Origin: an uncultured Rhodocyclaceae bacterium
GTDB lineage: Bacteria > Pseudomonadota > Gammaproteobacteria > Burkholderiales > Rhodocyclaceae
Reading direction: 5' to 3'
Length of the DNA stretch: 64,000 nt
Assembly: GCA_964632965.1 (NCBI GenBank)
Contig: CAZWFC010000001.1
Coordinates: forward strand, 804-64,803
A program made the translations under genes and the position numbers. The notes under the pieces were generated by a model. It was not told where the DNA came from, did not search any database, and saw nothing but the letters and a program-made list of their open reading frames with translations. Below are positions 32,344-41,972 of the stretch, piece after piece (positions within the stretch are counted from its first letter, which is position 1; each line of letters begins with the position of its first letter).

Positions 32344-34677
32344 TTAGAACTCGTATTTCAGCGACGCCAGGAAACTGCGGGGCGACCCCGGCATGATCGA
32401 CGTGCGGCTGCCGCCGGAATTCGCGTAGTACTCCTTGTTGAACAGGTTGTTGATGTTCAGTTGCACGGTCATCCGGTGCTGTCCGACACGTTGCGTATAG
32501 GCCGCCATCGCATCGATCCGGCCATAGCCCGGAAGTTGGACGGTATTGTTGGCGTCGGCCTGCCGGGTGCCGATCGCGACGCCGCCCAATCCGGCCTTGA
32601 CGGCATCGTTGACTCGATAGGTGCCCCACAGACTGCCCTGGTTCATCGGCACGTTCTCCAGGCGCATCCCCATCAATCCGTTGTTGTTGCGGGTATACCG
32701 GGCATCGGTGTGCGCATAGGTTGCCAGCAGGTCGAGTTTGCCGGTGACTTGTCCGGCGACGTCGACCTCGACACCCTTGCTCTTGGCTTCCCCGGCCAGG
32801 ATCTGGAACAAGGCGTTGTTGGGGTCGGTGGTCAGCATGTTGTATTTGGTCAGATCGAACAGCGCAACCGTCGATGTGAAGCGTTTGTCCTGCGACTCGG
32901 TCTTGAAGCCGACTTCGTATTGCTTGCCTTTCTGCGGATCGAAGGACTGACCGCTTGCACTCACGCCATTGTTTCCGCCGAACGATTCCGTATAGCTCCC
33001 GTATACCGACAACCAGTTTCTGATCTGATACAGCACGCCGAGACGGGGGCTGAGTTGTTTGTCGGTGCGCTCTATGCGCGCCGCCTTGGCGGTATCCATC
33101 GATACGAGAGAGGACGCCGAACCGGTTTTCACGCTGTCGTGGCGGAGGCCCACCAGAACATGGAGCTTGTCGAGAACCGTGATCTGGTCCTGAACATAGA
33201 GGCCGGACCATGCCTCCTTCCTGTAGAAGTTGTTGTTCGGCGTGATCGCCTCCCAGTTCACGGCGCCATAGACGGGGTTAAGGATATTGATGGTCGGAGC
33301 GGCCATGAATATCTGTGGCAGCGACGCTGTTTCGGCCCAGAAATTGTCCACGCCGACCAGAAAATTGTGCTTGGCACCGAACAGTTCGAATTTGCCGCTC
33401 AAGTCCAGGTTTGTAGCGCTCGTATCGACATTCTGCGTGCCGACCAGCAGGTTTCTGTTCTGCGTGACGTTGTTCGCCTGCAACGCGCCGGCCAGCACGC
33501 CGCGCATGTTGTATTGCCAGTTCTGCTGGTGATAGCGCTGCGTCAGTTTCCAGTCCTCATTGAAACGGTAGGTCCAGTCGAACGCGATGAGCGTGTTGTC
33601 GATGGATGCCCGGAGGGGACCGTCGGACAGGCTCCGGTTGAGCGGGATCGGCGCCGGACGGTTGCCGATGGACGGAATGCCGATGTCGGCCTGAAAACTG
33701 TCGTGTTTGCGTTCGAGTTCGAGATTGGCTTCGAAGTCCTTGGTGGGGCGCCAGGTCAGCGTTGGCGCGACGAACTCCCTCTTGCTGCCGACGAAGTCCC
33801 TGAACGACTCGTTGTCCGTAAAGGATGCGTTAATCCGATAGAGCAGCGTCCGATTTTCGTCGATCGGCCCGGTGGCATCGGCCGAGGTACGGAACTGATG
33901 ATCGGAGCCGAGTTGCTGCTGTATGGCATGGTACGGCGTGTCGAGCGGCTTCTTGGTGACGTAATTGACGAGGCCGCCAGGCTCGATGCGGCCATAGAGG
34001 ATCGCCGCCGGTCCCTTGACCACCTCGATCTGTTCGATGTTGGACAGGTCGTAGATGTCTTGCCGGTTGTAGAGACCATTTCGGTACGCGTCGCCGAAAC
34101 CGCTGCCGGCGAAGCCGCGGATCACGAAGTTATCGTAAAGAGTGCCGCCGCCGGTGCGTGCGAGTACGCCGCTCACATGGCCGTTGATGGCATCGGGCAA
34201 GGTCATGGACTGCTTGTCCTCCAGCACGGCCTTCGGTATCACCTGGATGGAAACTGGCGTGTACAAGAGCGGCGTGTCGGTCTTGGTGGCGGCCGATGCC
34301 CGCTTGACCGCGTATCCCGTTTCTCCGTCATCCCGCACCTCGATCGGCGCCAGTTGCGTCAGCTTTTCCGCTGGCGCCAGTTTGATCGCCACCGCCTTCT
34401 CCGCCGTGAATTGGAAGGACAGTCCGCTGCCGGCCAGCAGTTTCTCCAATGCCTCGCGCGTCGTGAGCGTTCCCCTGAGAGCCGCCGTGCGCTTGCCGTC
34501 CAGCGCCTTGCGGTCGAACAGCAGTTGCAGGTCGGTTTGGCGGGCGAGGGTCTCGACGGCGGCGGCGAGGGTTCCGGCCGGCAGGTCGAGATCGAAGCGC
34601 TTGTCGTCGGCCCAAGCGGCGCCGGCGATGAGGCCGGCGCTGAGCAGCAGGGCGCGGAGCAGGCAGGTGGCGGTCAT
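32344..34677 (-). CDS. TonB-dependent siderophore receptor with STN domain
   Basis: STN block LDLPAGTLAAAVETLARQTDLQLLFD...LLAGSGLSF. Siderophore-receptor-like plug (ASAATKTDTPLLYTPVSIQVI, VVKGPAAILYGRIEPGG). The C-terminus is ...ASLKYEF. Confidence 0.9.
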   Translation of the reverse strand: MTATCLLRALLLSAGLIAGAAWADDKRFDLDLPAGTLAAAVETLARQTDLQLLFDRKALDGKRTAALRGTLTTREALEKLLAGSGLSFQFTAEKAVAIKLAPAEKLTQLAPIEVRDDGETGYAVKRASAATKTDTPLLYTPVSIQVIPKAVLEDKQSMTLPDAINGHVSGVLARTGGGTLYDNFVIRGFAGSGFGDAYRNGLYNRQDIYDLSNIEQIEVVKGPAAILYGRIEPGGLVNYVTKKPLDTPYHAIQQQLGSDHQFRTSADATGPIDENRTLLYRINASFTDNESFRDFVGSKREFVAPTLTWRPTKDFEANLELERKHDSFQADIGIPSIGNRPAPIPLNRSLSDGPLRASIDNTLIAFDWTYRFNEDWKLTQRYHQQNWQYNMRGVLAGALQANNVTQNRNLLVGTQNVDTSATNLDLSGKFELFGAKHNFLVGVDNFWAETASLPQIFMAAPTINILNPVYGAVNWEAITPNNNFYRKEAWSGLYVQDQITVLDKLHVLVGLRHDSVKTGSASSLVSMDTAKAARIERTDKQLSPRLGVLYQIRNWLSVYGSYTESFGGNNGVSASGQSFDPQKGKQYEVGFKTESQDKRFTSTVALFDLTKYNMLTTDPNNALFQILAGEAKSKGVEVDVAGQVTGKLDLLATYAHTDARYTRNNNGLMGMRLENVPMNQGSLWGTYRVNDAVKAGLGGVAIGTRQADANNTVQLPGYGRIDAMAAYTQRVGQHRMTVQLNINNLFNKEYYANSGGSRTSIMPGSPRSFLASLKYEF

Positions 34678-34805
34678 GGCGTATTTCTTCCCTTTGATGA
34701 ACGGTCGATATCCTTACGACGTTCGGGGCAGGGAGAAGTGGACATGCTTGGCGTACTGGCGTTTCCGCAGCACTCCATGACGAGGGGCGACCGGCCTGAT
34801 CCGGT

Positions 34806-35762
34806 TCAGGAAGCCGCTGCGCGCCGCAGGATCACCCGATCCGGCGCCTGGATCTGCGCCCTCACCGGGAACCCGGCTTCGAGCGTCTTCAGGAACAGGT
34901 TGAGATCGGTGATGCGGAAAATTCCGCTGATGCGCAGGTCGGCCAGCGCGGGATCGGCGAGGTCGAAATGCACGGGGTAGTAGCGGACGAGGCGTTCCAG
35001 TACTTCGCCCAAGGGTTCGTTGCGGAAGACCCGCAGCCCTTCCTGCCAGGCGGCGGCCGTAGCGTCCACGGGTACGACCGGAGACACGGCGCCGGCATTG
35101 TCGAAGCCGACGCCCTGACCGGCATCGAGTGCCACGCGGCCGTGCGGGGTGCCGATGTCGACCTTGCCTTCGAGAACGGCGACATGGACATGGCCGTGTT
35201 GCATCTCGACATTGAAGCGGGTGCCCAGATCGACGATACGGCCGGCTCCCGCCGTTACCGCAAAGGGTCGCGACTCGTCGTGCGTGACGGCAAACAGCGC
35301 TTCGCCGCGGACCAGGGTGACGTTGCGCCGCCGGTAGCCGATCCGATGCGTGATCTCGCTGCCGGCGTCGAGGACGACCTTCGAGCCGTCGGCGAGGGTG
35401 AGGATTTTCTGCTGGCCGCGGGCAGTGGCAATGGTTTCGGACACGCCGTTCCACCAGCGGTCGGCCATCACGCCGAGCGGAATCGTCAGCAGGGCGAAGG
35501 CGAACCCGATGGCGGCACCAACCAGAGGGCCGCGACCCAGAATGCGTCGCGGCGGCGGTTTGCAATGACTGCCGGCTTCGGCCAGTTCGCCGGCGATGCC
35601 CCAGGTTCGGGCCACCCGCGCGTAGGCTTGCCGATGTGCCGGGTCGGCCGCCAGCCAGTCGTCTAGTTCCTGCGCATCCTTCCCGCCCCACTCGCCGGAA
35701 TGGGCGGCAACCCACCAGCGGATGGCTTGCCGTTCAGCCGGAGAAAGATTCGGATCGGACAT
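34806..35762 (-). CDS. FecR-family anti-sigma / signal transducer
   Basis: ORF trimmed to ATG 35762 (MSDPNLSPAERQAIRWWV). A TM helix and a FecR domain (LVRGEALFAVTHD...IVDLGTRFNV). Confidence 0.85.
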   Translation of the reverse strand: MSDPNLSPAERQAIRWWVAAHSGEWGGKDAQELDDWLAADPAHRQAYARVARTWGIAGELAEAGSHCKPPPRRILGRGPLVGAAIGFAFALLTIPLGVMADRWWNGVSETIATARGQQKILTLADGSKVVLDAGSEITHRIGYRRRNVTLVRGEALFAVTHDESRPFAVTAGAGRIVDLGTRFNVEMQHGHVHVAVLEGKVDIGTPHGRVALDAGQGVGFDNAGAVSPVVPVDATAAAWQEGLRVFRNEPLGEVLERLVRYYPVHFDLADPALADLRISGIFRITDLNLFLKTLEAGFPVRAQIQAPDRVILRRAAAS

Positions 35763-35837
35763 CGAGGTTGGCTCTGCCGGGGAAGATGGGAGCATATACC
35801 TTACGACGGCCGGGGCGATGCAAAGTGGACAGGGTCA

Positions 35838-36341
35838 TCAATCCGCCAGCCGGGCCAGACAATGGCTCAGGGCGCGTTCGATGTGGCGCTGGACGGTCTT
35901 GGTGGAGACGCCGAGCCGGTCGGCGATCTGGGCATGAGTGAGTCCTTCCAGCCGGTTCAGCAGGAAGGCGTTTCGGCAGGCGGCAGGCAGGTCGTCGAGG
36001 GCGTTCGCCAGCCGTTCCACCTGCCGCCGGGCGTCTATCACGGTTTCGTGACAGGGCTGCGGGCAGATCGGTTCGAAGTCCGCATCGGCAGCGTCGAACA
36101 GGTCTTTGCGCACTTGCTGCCGGCGCCAGGCATCCACCGTCAGGTTGCCGGCCGTGGCGAAGGCGATGGCACGCGGTTCGCGCCATGACTCGGGATTGCC
36201 ATGTTGGTGAAGATTGAGCCAAGTGTCCTGCACGATGTCCTCGGCATCCTGGCTGCCGACACGGCGTGTCACGTAGGAGAGAAGGTCTTCCCTCGCGTCA
36301 TGAAACAGCGAGATCAGAAAATTGGGTTTGTTGGCCGGCAT
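35838..36341 (-). CDS. ECF sigma-70 factor (FecI-like)
   Basis: DAEDIVQDTWLNL and LEGLTHAQIADRLGVSTKTVQRHIERAL. I chose the start at ATG 36341; ATG 36386 is possible. Confidence 0.8.
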   Translation of the reverse strand: MPANKPNFLISLFHDAREDLLSYVTRRVGSQDAEDIVQDTWLNLHQHGNPESWREPRAIAFATAGNLTVDAWRRQQVRKDLFDAADADFEPICPQPCHETVIDARRQVERLANALDDLPAACRNAFLLNRLEGLTHAQIADRLGVSTKTVQRHIERALSHCLARLAD

Positions 36342-36378
36342 CGAGCGCAAATTCTGCCTGCGACACAGCGTATCCGTG

Positions 36379-36395
36379 TGCGGCAAATTGCCGCA
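36379..36395. promoter_or_regulatory. Candidate RegA-type operator (TGCGGCA-AAT-TGCCGCA)
   Basis: Perfect 7-3-7 inverted repeat in the divergent region between the ECF sigma gene and the tlpA-like/Cu-ATPase operon (start 36457). Confidence 0.5.
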
Positions 36396-36456
36396 GAAGG
36401 CCGTGGAGCGGGGTTTGCGCTATGATGCGAACGACTAACTCCGGTGTGCGCCACGC

Positions 36457-36951
36457 ATGAAACTCCTGCTTTTTTCGCTTCTGGTTTTTCTCGGCACCGC
36501 CTGCGGCGGCAACGAAGCACAATCCAAGCTCAACATCGGCGGTATGGCGCCGACATTCCAGACCTACCGGCTCGACGGCGCGCCGGCCCATTTCCCTGCC
36601 GCTTATGCCGGCAAGCCGGTGGTGATCCGTTTCTGGGCCGACTGGTGCAAGTTCTGCGAGGGCGAGATGAAGGCCATCGAGGCGGTCTACCGGCGCCACA
36701 AGGGCCGCGGCCTCGAAGTCCTGGCCGTCAATGCCGGCCAGGACAAGGCCAGCGTCGAGGCCTTCGTGAAGAAGATCGGCATCAGCTATCCGGCGCTGCT
36801 CGACGAGAAATCCGCCATCGCCAGGCAGTACGGCGTGGTGGGGCTGCCGACGACGTACTTCGTCGACGCCAAGGGCATCGTCCGCGCCAAGATCGTCGGC
36901 GAGGCCGACGAGGCCACTTTCGAGCGGCATGTGCTGGACCTGCTGAAATGA
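36457..36951 (+). CDS. TlpA/ResA-family periplasmic thioredoxin-like lipoprotein
   Basis: Lipobox FLGTAC. Active-site motif WADWCKFCEGE. GLPTTYFVD. Confidence 0.85.
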   Translation: MKLLLFSLLVFLGTACGGNEAQSKLNIGGMAPTFQTYRLDGAPAHFPAAYAGKPVVIRFWADWCKFCEGEMKAIEAVYRRHKGRGLEVLAVNAGQDKASVEAFVKKIGISYPALLDEKSAIARQYGVVGLPTTYFVDAKGIVRAKIVGEADEATFERHVLDLLK

Positions 36952-37136
36952 GCGACCCGAACCGGCCCTGCGATCTTTGCGCCCTCGCCGTCGGCATCAA
37001 GCCTTTCGCGTTGCCGACCCCGGGAAAGACGCTCGAATTCTGCTGCGAGGGCTGCAAGGGGATTTACGAAATGTTGCACCAGATCAATGAACCGCCGGCT
37101 GGATCGGCACAGAATGATTCGACCGAATCGCACTAA
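36948..37136 (+). CDS. 62-aa Cys-rich mini-protein resembling the N-terminal metal-binding domain of FixI/CcoI-type ATPases
   Basis: ATGA overlap with the tlpA-like stop. Translation MSDPNRPCDLCALAV...LEFCCEGCKGIYEML (a CxxC ... CCxxC pattern). Confidence 0.6.
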   Translation: MSDPNRPCDLCALAVGIKPFALPTPGKTLEFCCEGCKGIYEMLHQINEPPAGSAQNDSTESH

Positions 37137-37146
37137 GGAGATCGCC

Positions 37147-37503
37147 ATGTTGATGGAAGAAGCTGCCAAACACGCCGCAGGACAGATGCCTGGCATGATG
37201 GGTGGGATGATGACCAATCCGATGGCCCACGGCGCCATGATGGCGGCCACCGGCTTCGCTGCCGGGCGCGGACTGGTCGGCGCGACGCTGTTCCGCAATC
37301 CGCTGCTGCTGCTGGCTGGCGGCATTGCCGTCGGTTACCTGCTGCACAAGTACGAAAAGGAAATCGTGCTGGCGGTGACCAAGGCCACGGGCATGGGCAA
37401 GGACTTCGTGTTGCAGCAGCAGGAAAACCTCAACGACCTCGTCGCCGAGGCGCAGCAGACAGAGGCGCAGGAAGGTGCCGCCGCCGCGCCGCCGCAGGGC
37501 TGA
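37147..37503 (+). CDS. Small Met-rich membrane protein (118 aa)
   Basis: ORF 37087..37503 trimmed to ATG 37147, with AGGAG 8 nt upstream. N-terminus QMPGMMGGMMTNPMAHGAMMAATG, then TM helix LLLLAGGIAVGYLL. Confidence 0.6.
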   Translation: MLMEEAAKHAAGQMPGMMGGMMTNPMAHGAMMAATGFAAGRGLVGATLFRNPLLLLAGGIAVGYLLHKYEKEIVLAVTKATGMGKDFVLQQQENLNDLVAEAQQTEAQEGAAAAPPQG

Positions 37504-37510
37504 TCCCGTC

Positions 37511-38167
37511 ATGAACGTAGAGGAATTGGCGCGGCGGATCGTCGTCCGCCACCGGGAGCTTGGTCATTTGCGGCTGGAACTGCCGGCGGAGTTGTGTCGC
37601 GCCGCGACGGCGGCCGTGGTGGAAGGAAGCCTGAGGCAGGTGGAAGGAGTCTATCGCGTCGACTTCGATCTCCCCTCGCGACGGCTGTCGATTCGTTTCG
37701 ACAGCCATGTCTGTACGACCGGCGATGTGGCGCGCCAGTTGAAAACATTGCTGAAGCGGGTGGCGCCTCATTTGCCCGCTTACCTGCCCCCATCGGCCGC
37801 TTCGGCGTCATCGGATGGCGAAGTGCTGGCGAACCATCCGTTCCACAAGGTCGGCGAGCGGGTGCGCGAGGTGGCACGGGAGGCCGCCGCGCGCGTGAAG
37901 GTGGCGCTTGCGGGCCTGAATCCGCCCGCGGTCGCGGAGGGTTCGCTGCAAGCCAAGCTGCAGCCGGTGATCGCCAGTGCGCTCACCGAGAAGGCGATCA
38001 CCAACTTCATCAACGACATCGTCGCCTTCTACCTGATCAAGGTGCATTGGGAACTTATTTCGCAGCGCTGGCTGAAAGACCCGCTCAAGTTCCGCAACGC
38101 CTGGCTGACCACTTTCTACCTCGTCTTCCTGCTCGTGCGTTACCGCAAGCAGGGCGCGAAGAAATGA
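37511..38167 (+). CDS. Hypothetical protein: Cys-less HMA-like N-domain + C-terminal membrane segment
   Basis: ORF trimmed to ATG 37511. The N-domain pattern (LGHLRLELP...[21 protein letters not shown]) parallels the first domain of the downstream ATPase. C-terminal helices [11 protein letters not shown] and [10 protein letters not shown]. Confidence 0.55.
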   Translation: MNVEELARRIVVRHRELGHLRLELPAELCRAATAAVVEGSLRQVEGVYRVDFDLPSRRLSIRFDSHVCTTGDVARQLKTLLKRVAPHLPAYLPPSAASASSDGEVLANHPFHKVGERVREVAREAAARVKVALAGLNPPAVAEGSLQAKLQPVIASALTEKAITNFINDIVAFYLIKVHWELISQRWLKDPLKFRNAWLTTFYLVFLLVRYRKQGAKK

Positions 38168-40590
38168 ACTTCAGCGTCGCCCATCGCCTGACACGCCGCA
38201 TCCGCCTGGTGGCGCCGCCGCTGGTCAAGCAGCCGGAGCGCTGCTACCTGCTCGAAATTTTGCTGCGCAAGCATGCCGCAGTGAAGGATGTGCGCATCGT
38301 GCCGGAGATCGGCTCGTTGACGTTGTATTACGATCCCGCGCAACTGCCCGAGCCGCGCCTGCTCGCCGTTGTCGATGCGGTGATCGGCAATATTGCCACG
38401 GCTGCGCCTGCGCCCCCGCCACCGGCCCCTCTGGTGGCCGACGGCCCGGTGCAGGAGTGCAACGTCGCTGTCGAGGGCATGACATGCGCCTCGTGCGCAG
38501 CATTGATCGAAATGTCGCTGAAGCGCGATCCGCGCGTGGCCGATGCCGGCGTGAATTACGCCGCGGAAACGGCGACCGTGCGCGGCCAATTGACACGCGA
38601 CGATGTCTTCGCGCTCGTGAACAAGCTCGGCTACCGGCCGCACCCGATGGATACGCTGGCCCAGCGCCGCCTGATGGTCGAGCGCGAGAAGGTGCGGCTG
38701 GCCGAAGCGAAGCGGCGCCTGGTGCAGGCCGCATGGCTGACGGTGCCGGTGATGGTGTCCGGCATGCTGATGCACCGTTCGCCGGCCCTGCGCGTCATGG
38801 AACTGGCGCTGTCGTCGGCCGTCCTGTTCGGCAGCGGCAGCGAGATTTTCCGCAAGGCCTGGGCTCTCGCCAAGCAGCGCGAGGCGAACATGGACACGCT
38901 GATCGCGGTCGGTGCCGGCGCTGCCTACGCCTACAGCCTGCCCGGCGCGCTGCGCATGCACCACCACGTCTATTTCGAGTCGGCCGCCGGCATCGTCGCC
39001 TTCGTGCTGCTCGGCCGCTACATGGAGGAACGAGCCAAGGGCAAGGCCTCCGAGGCGATACGCAAGCTCATCGAACTGCAGCCCGAGACGGCGATTCGCA
39101 TCACGGTGCAGGGCGACGAGACCGTGCCGATCGACGCGGTGCAGGTCGGCGACCTGCTGCGCGTGCGGCCCGGCGACAAGGCGCCGACTGACGGGGTGGT
39201 GGTCGAGGGCGCCTCGCGCGTCGACGAATCCATGCTCACCGGCGAGTCGCTGCCGGTGGCGAAAGGGCCGGGCGACGCGGTCGTCGGCGGTTGTCTGAAC
39301 GGCAACGGCGCCTTCACCCTGCGCGTTACGGCCATCGGCGGCAATACCGTGCTCGCCGGCATCGTCAAACTCGTCGATCACGCGCAAGGCTCGAAACTGC
39401 CGGTGCAGAAGCTGGCCGACCGCATCTCCGCGCGTTTCGTGCCGGCCGTCGGCGTCGTTGCCGCAGCCACCTTCGGCGGCTGGCTGCTGGCGGGCCACCC
39501 GACCTCGCGCGCGCTGGCGCACGCCGTCGCGGTGCTGCTGATCGCCTGCCCCTGCGCGCTCGGGCTGGCCACACCGACCGCGATCATGGTCGGCACCGGC
39601 CAGGCGGCGCGGCGCGGCATCTACATTCGCAACGGCGAAGCATTGGAAACCGCGGCGCAACTCACCACCCTGGTGTTCGACAAGACCGGCACCATCACCG
39701 AGGGCCGGCCGGTCGTCACCGACTTCGTCGCCATCGAGGGCGCGGATGAAGCGCACCTGCTTGCCCTGGTCGCCGGTGTCGAAGCGCATTCCGAACATTT
39801 TCTCGCCCGGGCCATCGGCGCCTTCTGCCGGGCGCGCGGCGCCGCGCCCGCGCCGGTGGCCGATTTCGAGGCCTGGCCCGGCCGCGGCGTGCGTGCCCAT
39901 GTCGGCGCGGGCGAACTCCTGATCGGCAACAGCGCGCTGATGGAATCAGCCGGCATCGCCGTCGACCGGCAGGCCGACCAGGCCGAGGCACTGGCGGCGC
40001 AGGGGAAGACGCCGGTATTCGTGGCCCACGAGGGCATGTGCGTCGCGCTCTTCGCCATCGCCGACCGGCCGCGCGCCGGCGCGCGCGAAGCCATCGCCCT
40101 GCTGCACCGGCTCGGCCTCGTCACCATCATGGCGACGGGCGACGTGGCCGCGGCCGCCAACCATATCGCGCGCGAAGTCGGCATCGATCGCGTCATCGCC
40201 CGCGCCACGCCGGCCGACAAGCTGGCGCTGATTCGCAGTTTGCAGGCGGAAGGAAAGAAAGTCGGCATGATCGGCGACGGCATCAACGACGCCCCCGCGC
40301 TGGCGGCGGCGGATGTCGGCTTCGCCATCGGCGGCGGTGCCGACATCGCGGTGGAATCCGCCGACGTCACGCTGGTCGGCGGCGACATCGCCCGCGTCGC
40401 GGCCGGCATCGACCTTTCGCGGCGCACCATGACCGTGATTCGCCAGAACCTCTTCTGGGCGCTGGGCTACAACACCGTTTCCATTCCCGTCGCGGTGGCC
40501 GGACGCCTCAATCCGATGATCGCCTCGGCGGCCATGGCGCTCTCTTCGGTGTCGGTGGTGACGAATTCGCTGCGGCTGCAGCGGCCGTAG
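38164..40590 (+). CDS. P1B-type heavy-metal (Cu+) translocating ATPase
   Basis: ORF 37594..40590 trimmed to ATG 38164 (ATGA overlap). HMA GMTCASC, TGES, CPC in TM6 ([14 protein letters not shown]), [13 protein letters not shown]. 808 aa. Confidence 0.9.
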   Translation: MNFSVAHRLTRRIRLVAPPLVKQPERCYLLEILLRKHAAVKDVRIVPEIGSLTLYYDPAQLPEPRLLAVVDAVIGNIATAAPAPPPPAPLVADGPVQECNVAVEGMTCASCAALIEMSLKRDPRVADAGVNYAAETATVRGQLTRDDVFALVNKLGYRPHPMDTLAQRRLMVEREKVRLAEAKRRLVQAAWLTVPVMVSGMLMHRSPALRVMELALSSAVLFGSGSEIFRKAWALAKQREANMDTLIAVGAGAAYAYSLPGALRMHHHVYFESAAGIVAFVLLGRYMEERAKGKASEAIRKLIELQPETAIRITVQGDETVPIDAVQVGDLLRVRPGDKAPTDGVVVEGASRVDESMLTGESLPVAKGPGDAVVGGCLNGNGAFTLRVTAIGGNTVLAGIVKLVDHAQGSKLPVQKLADRISARFVPAVGVVAAATFGGWLLAGHPTSRALAHAVAVLLIACPCALGLATPTAIMVGTGQAARRGIYIRNGEALETAAQLTTLVFDKTGTITEGRPVVTDFVAIEGADEAHLLALVAGVEAHSEHFLARAIGAFCRARGAAPAPVADFEAWPGRGVRAHVGAGELLIGNSALMESAGIAVDRQADQAEALAAQGKTPVFVAHEGMCVALFAIADRPRAGAREAIALLHRLGLVTIMATGDVAAAANHIAREVGIDRVIARATPADKLALIRSLQAEGKKVGMIGDGINDAPALAAADVGFAIGGGADIAVESADVTLVGGDIARVAAGIDLSRRTMTVIRQNLFWALGYNTVSIPVAVAGRLNPMIASAAMALSSVSVVTNSLRLQRP

Positions 40591-40597
40591 GCGATCT

Positions 40598-41362
40598 CTA
40601 TTCCAGAACCCTGACCACCCGGAAGCCGAAGTCGCCGGCGCGGAAACTCGGCTTGAAACTGAACCGGAGCGTGGCGCGGCTGTACTGGGGGCCGCTGAGC
40701 CAGGAGCCGCCGCGCAGGATGCGGCTGGCGCATTCACCTGCATCCTCCCAAGAGGACCCGTCCGCCGGGGCACCGGCATAGCTGGCGTGGCTGCAATCCT
40801 GAATCCACTCCCAGACATTGCCGCTCATGTCGTACAGGCCCCAGATGTTGGGCTGCTTCTGGCCGGCCGGATGGGGGCTACCGTATGTGTCCCCGGCCCA
40901 GGCGACCCGGTCGGCATCATCGCCGCCGCAGTAGTCATGCCGGCCACCGGCGCGGCATGCGTATTCCCATTCCGCTTCGGAGGGCAGGCGGTAGGCTTTC
41001 CCGGTCTTCGCGCTCAGGCGTTTCACGAATTCCTGCGCATCGTGCCAACTGACGCTTTCTACCGGGCAGGTGTCGCCGCAAGTGACGGCCTTGCTCGGAT
41101 TGCTACCCATGACGGCCTTCCATTCTCCCTGCGTGACTTCATATTTTCCGATGGCGAAGGCGCGCAGGGTCACGACATGAACCGGCGCGGCGTTGGAGGG
41201 CATCGCCGCGCCCATCTGGAAGCTCCCGGTCGGCAGGGTTTCCATTTCCGGGCAGTCGGCGCAGTCCTTGAAGGATGCGGCTTGCGCGCCGATCTGCCAC
41301 AGAGCGGCGATCAGCAAAAGCAGGTGGGAATATTTTTTCATCGGGGCTTTTCTCGCGGCCAT
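40598..41362 (-). CDS. Exported FGE/SUMF1-sulfatase-domain protein
   Basis: ORF trimmed to ATG 41362, which forms an ATGA overlap with the upstream stop; ATG 41341 is an alternative. Signal peptide KKYSHLLLLIAALWQIGAQA. Blocks FAIGKYEVTQGEW, VSWHDAQEFV, YRLPSEAEWEYACRAG, GNVWEWIQD, RGGSW. Confidence 0.8.
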   Translation of the reverse strand: MAARKAPMKKYSHLLLLIAALWQIGAQAASFKDCADCPEMETLPTGSFQMGAAMPSNAAPVHVVTLRAFAIGKYEVTQGEWKAVMGSNPSKAVTCGDTCPVESVSWHDAQEFVKRLSAKTGKAYRLPSEAEWEYACRAGGRHDYCGGDDADRVAWAGDTYGSPHPAGQKQPNIWGLYDMSGNVWEWIQDCSHASYAGAPADGSSWEDAGECASRILRGGSWLSGPQYSRATLRFSFKPSFRAGDFGFRVVRVLE

Positions 41363-41970
41363 CAGCTTTGCGGTTTTTTCGCCGCGCGGCGGCGGCGCTC
41401 TTCGCGGTTCTTGCGCATGCGGTCGAGATCGTCGGCGAGGTCGGTGAACGAGACCTTCAATGTCTGCTGAAAGTCCAGGAGTTGTCCGCCATGAGTTTTC
41501 TGCATGGAGGTAGCCGCTTCCACGCTGCTGAAGGCGACCTTGCTGTTCCAGGTCATTACGCCCGGCAGGTCGCTGCCGACGAGGAAGGTCGCCTTGCCGA
41601 CTTCGACGAGCGGCCGCGGATCGGTTTCGATGGCATTGTCGCCGACGTAGATCGCCTTCGGGTCGAGCGCCAGGTTGATGGCTAGGCTGATGACGGCGCA
41701 ATGGATGGAACAGAGCGGGTCGGGCAGGTCGTTGCTGAAGTGGATCAACATCCGGGCGCGATGGTTGTAGCGACGATCCATACCGCAATAGGGACAGGTC
41801 GGGTACTTCTCGATGTCGTCGATTTCGGGCGCGGGATCGAACGGCTTCTTCGGTAGAAATTGGGCCGGCGTACCGTCAGTCGGCTTGCTTTGACAATCGG
41901 CGCGGGCGGGCGCGGTGGCGATGCCGGCGCCTACGAGTAGGGAAAGTTTAAGTAGTTCGCGGCGGTCCAT
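41362..41970 (-). CDS. Tat-exported Cys4 (TRASH-like) / NosL-like metal-binding protein, paralog 2
   Basis: ORF trimmed to ATG 41970, 2 nt after the TBDR stop. MDRRELLKLSLLVGAG. Motif CPYC-x24-CSIHC. NosL-like block IYVGDNA...ATFLVGSDLPGVMT. Basic tail RKNREERRRR. Confidence 0.75.
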   Translation of the reverse strand: MDRRELLKLSLLVGAGIATAPARADCQSKPTDGTPAQFLPKKPFDPAPEIDDIEKYPTCPYCGMDRRYNHRARMLIHFSNDLPDPLCSIHCAVISLAINLALDPKAIYVGDNAIETDPRPLVEVGKATFLVGSDLPGVMTWNSKVAFSSVEAATSMQKTHGGQLLDFQQTLKVSFTDLADDLDRMRKNREERRRRAAKKPQS

Positions 41971-41972
41971 GA

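Noticed and set aside
37594-38163. N-terminal 190-aa extension of the P-type ATPase ORF (and similar long 5' extensions of ORFs at 6091..7200, 7702..9957, 8982..10514, 13726..15135, 40598..41788 and 53957..55825)
   Set aside because: The extensions overlap upstream genes that have good coding signatures, and they translate to Arg/Pro-rich junk. Internal starts give signal peptides, Shine-Dalgarno sites or ATGA/GTGA coupling.
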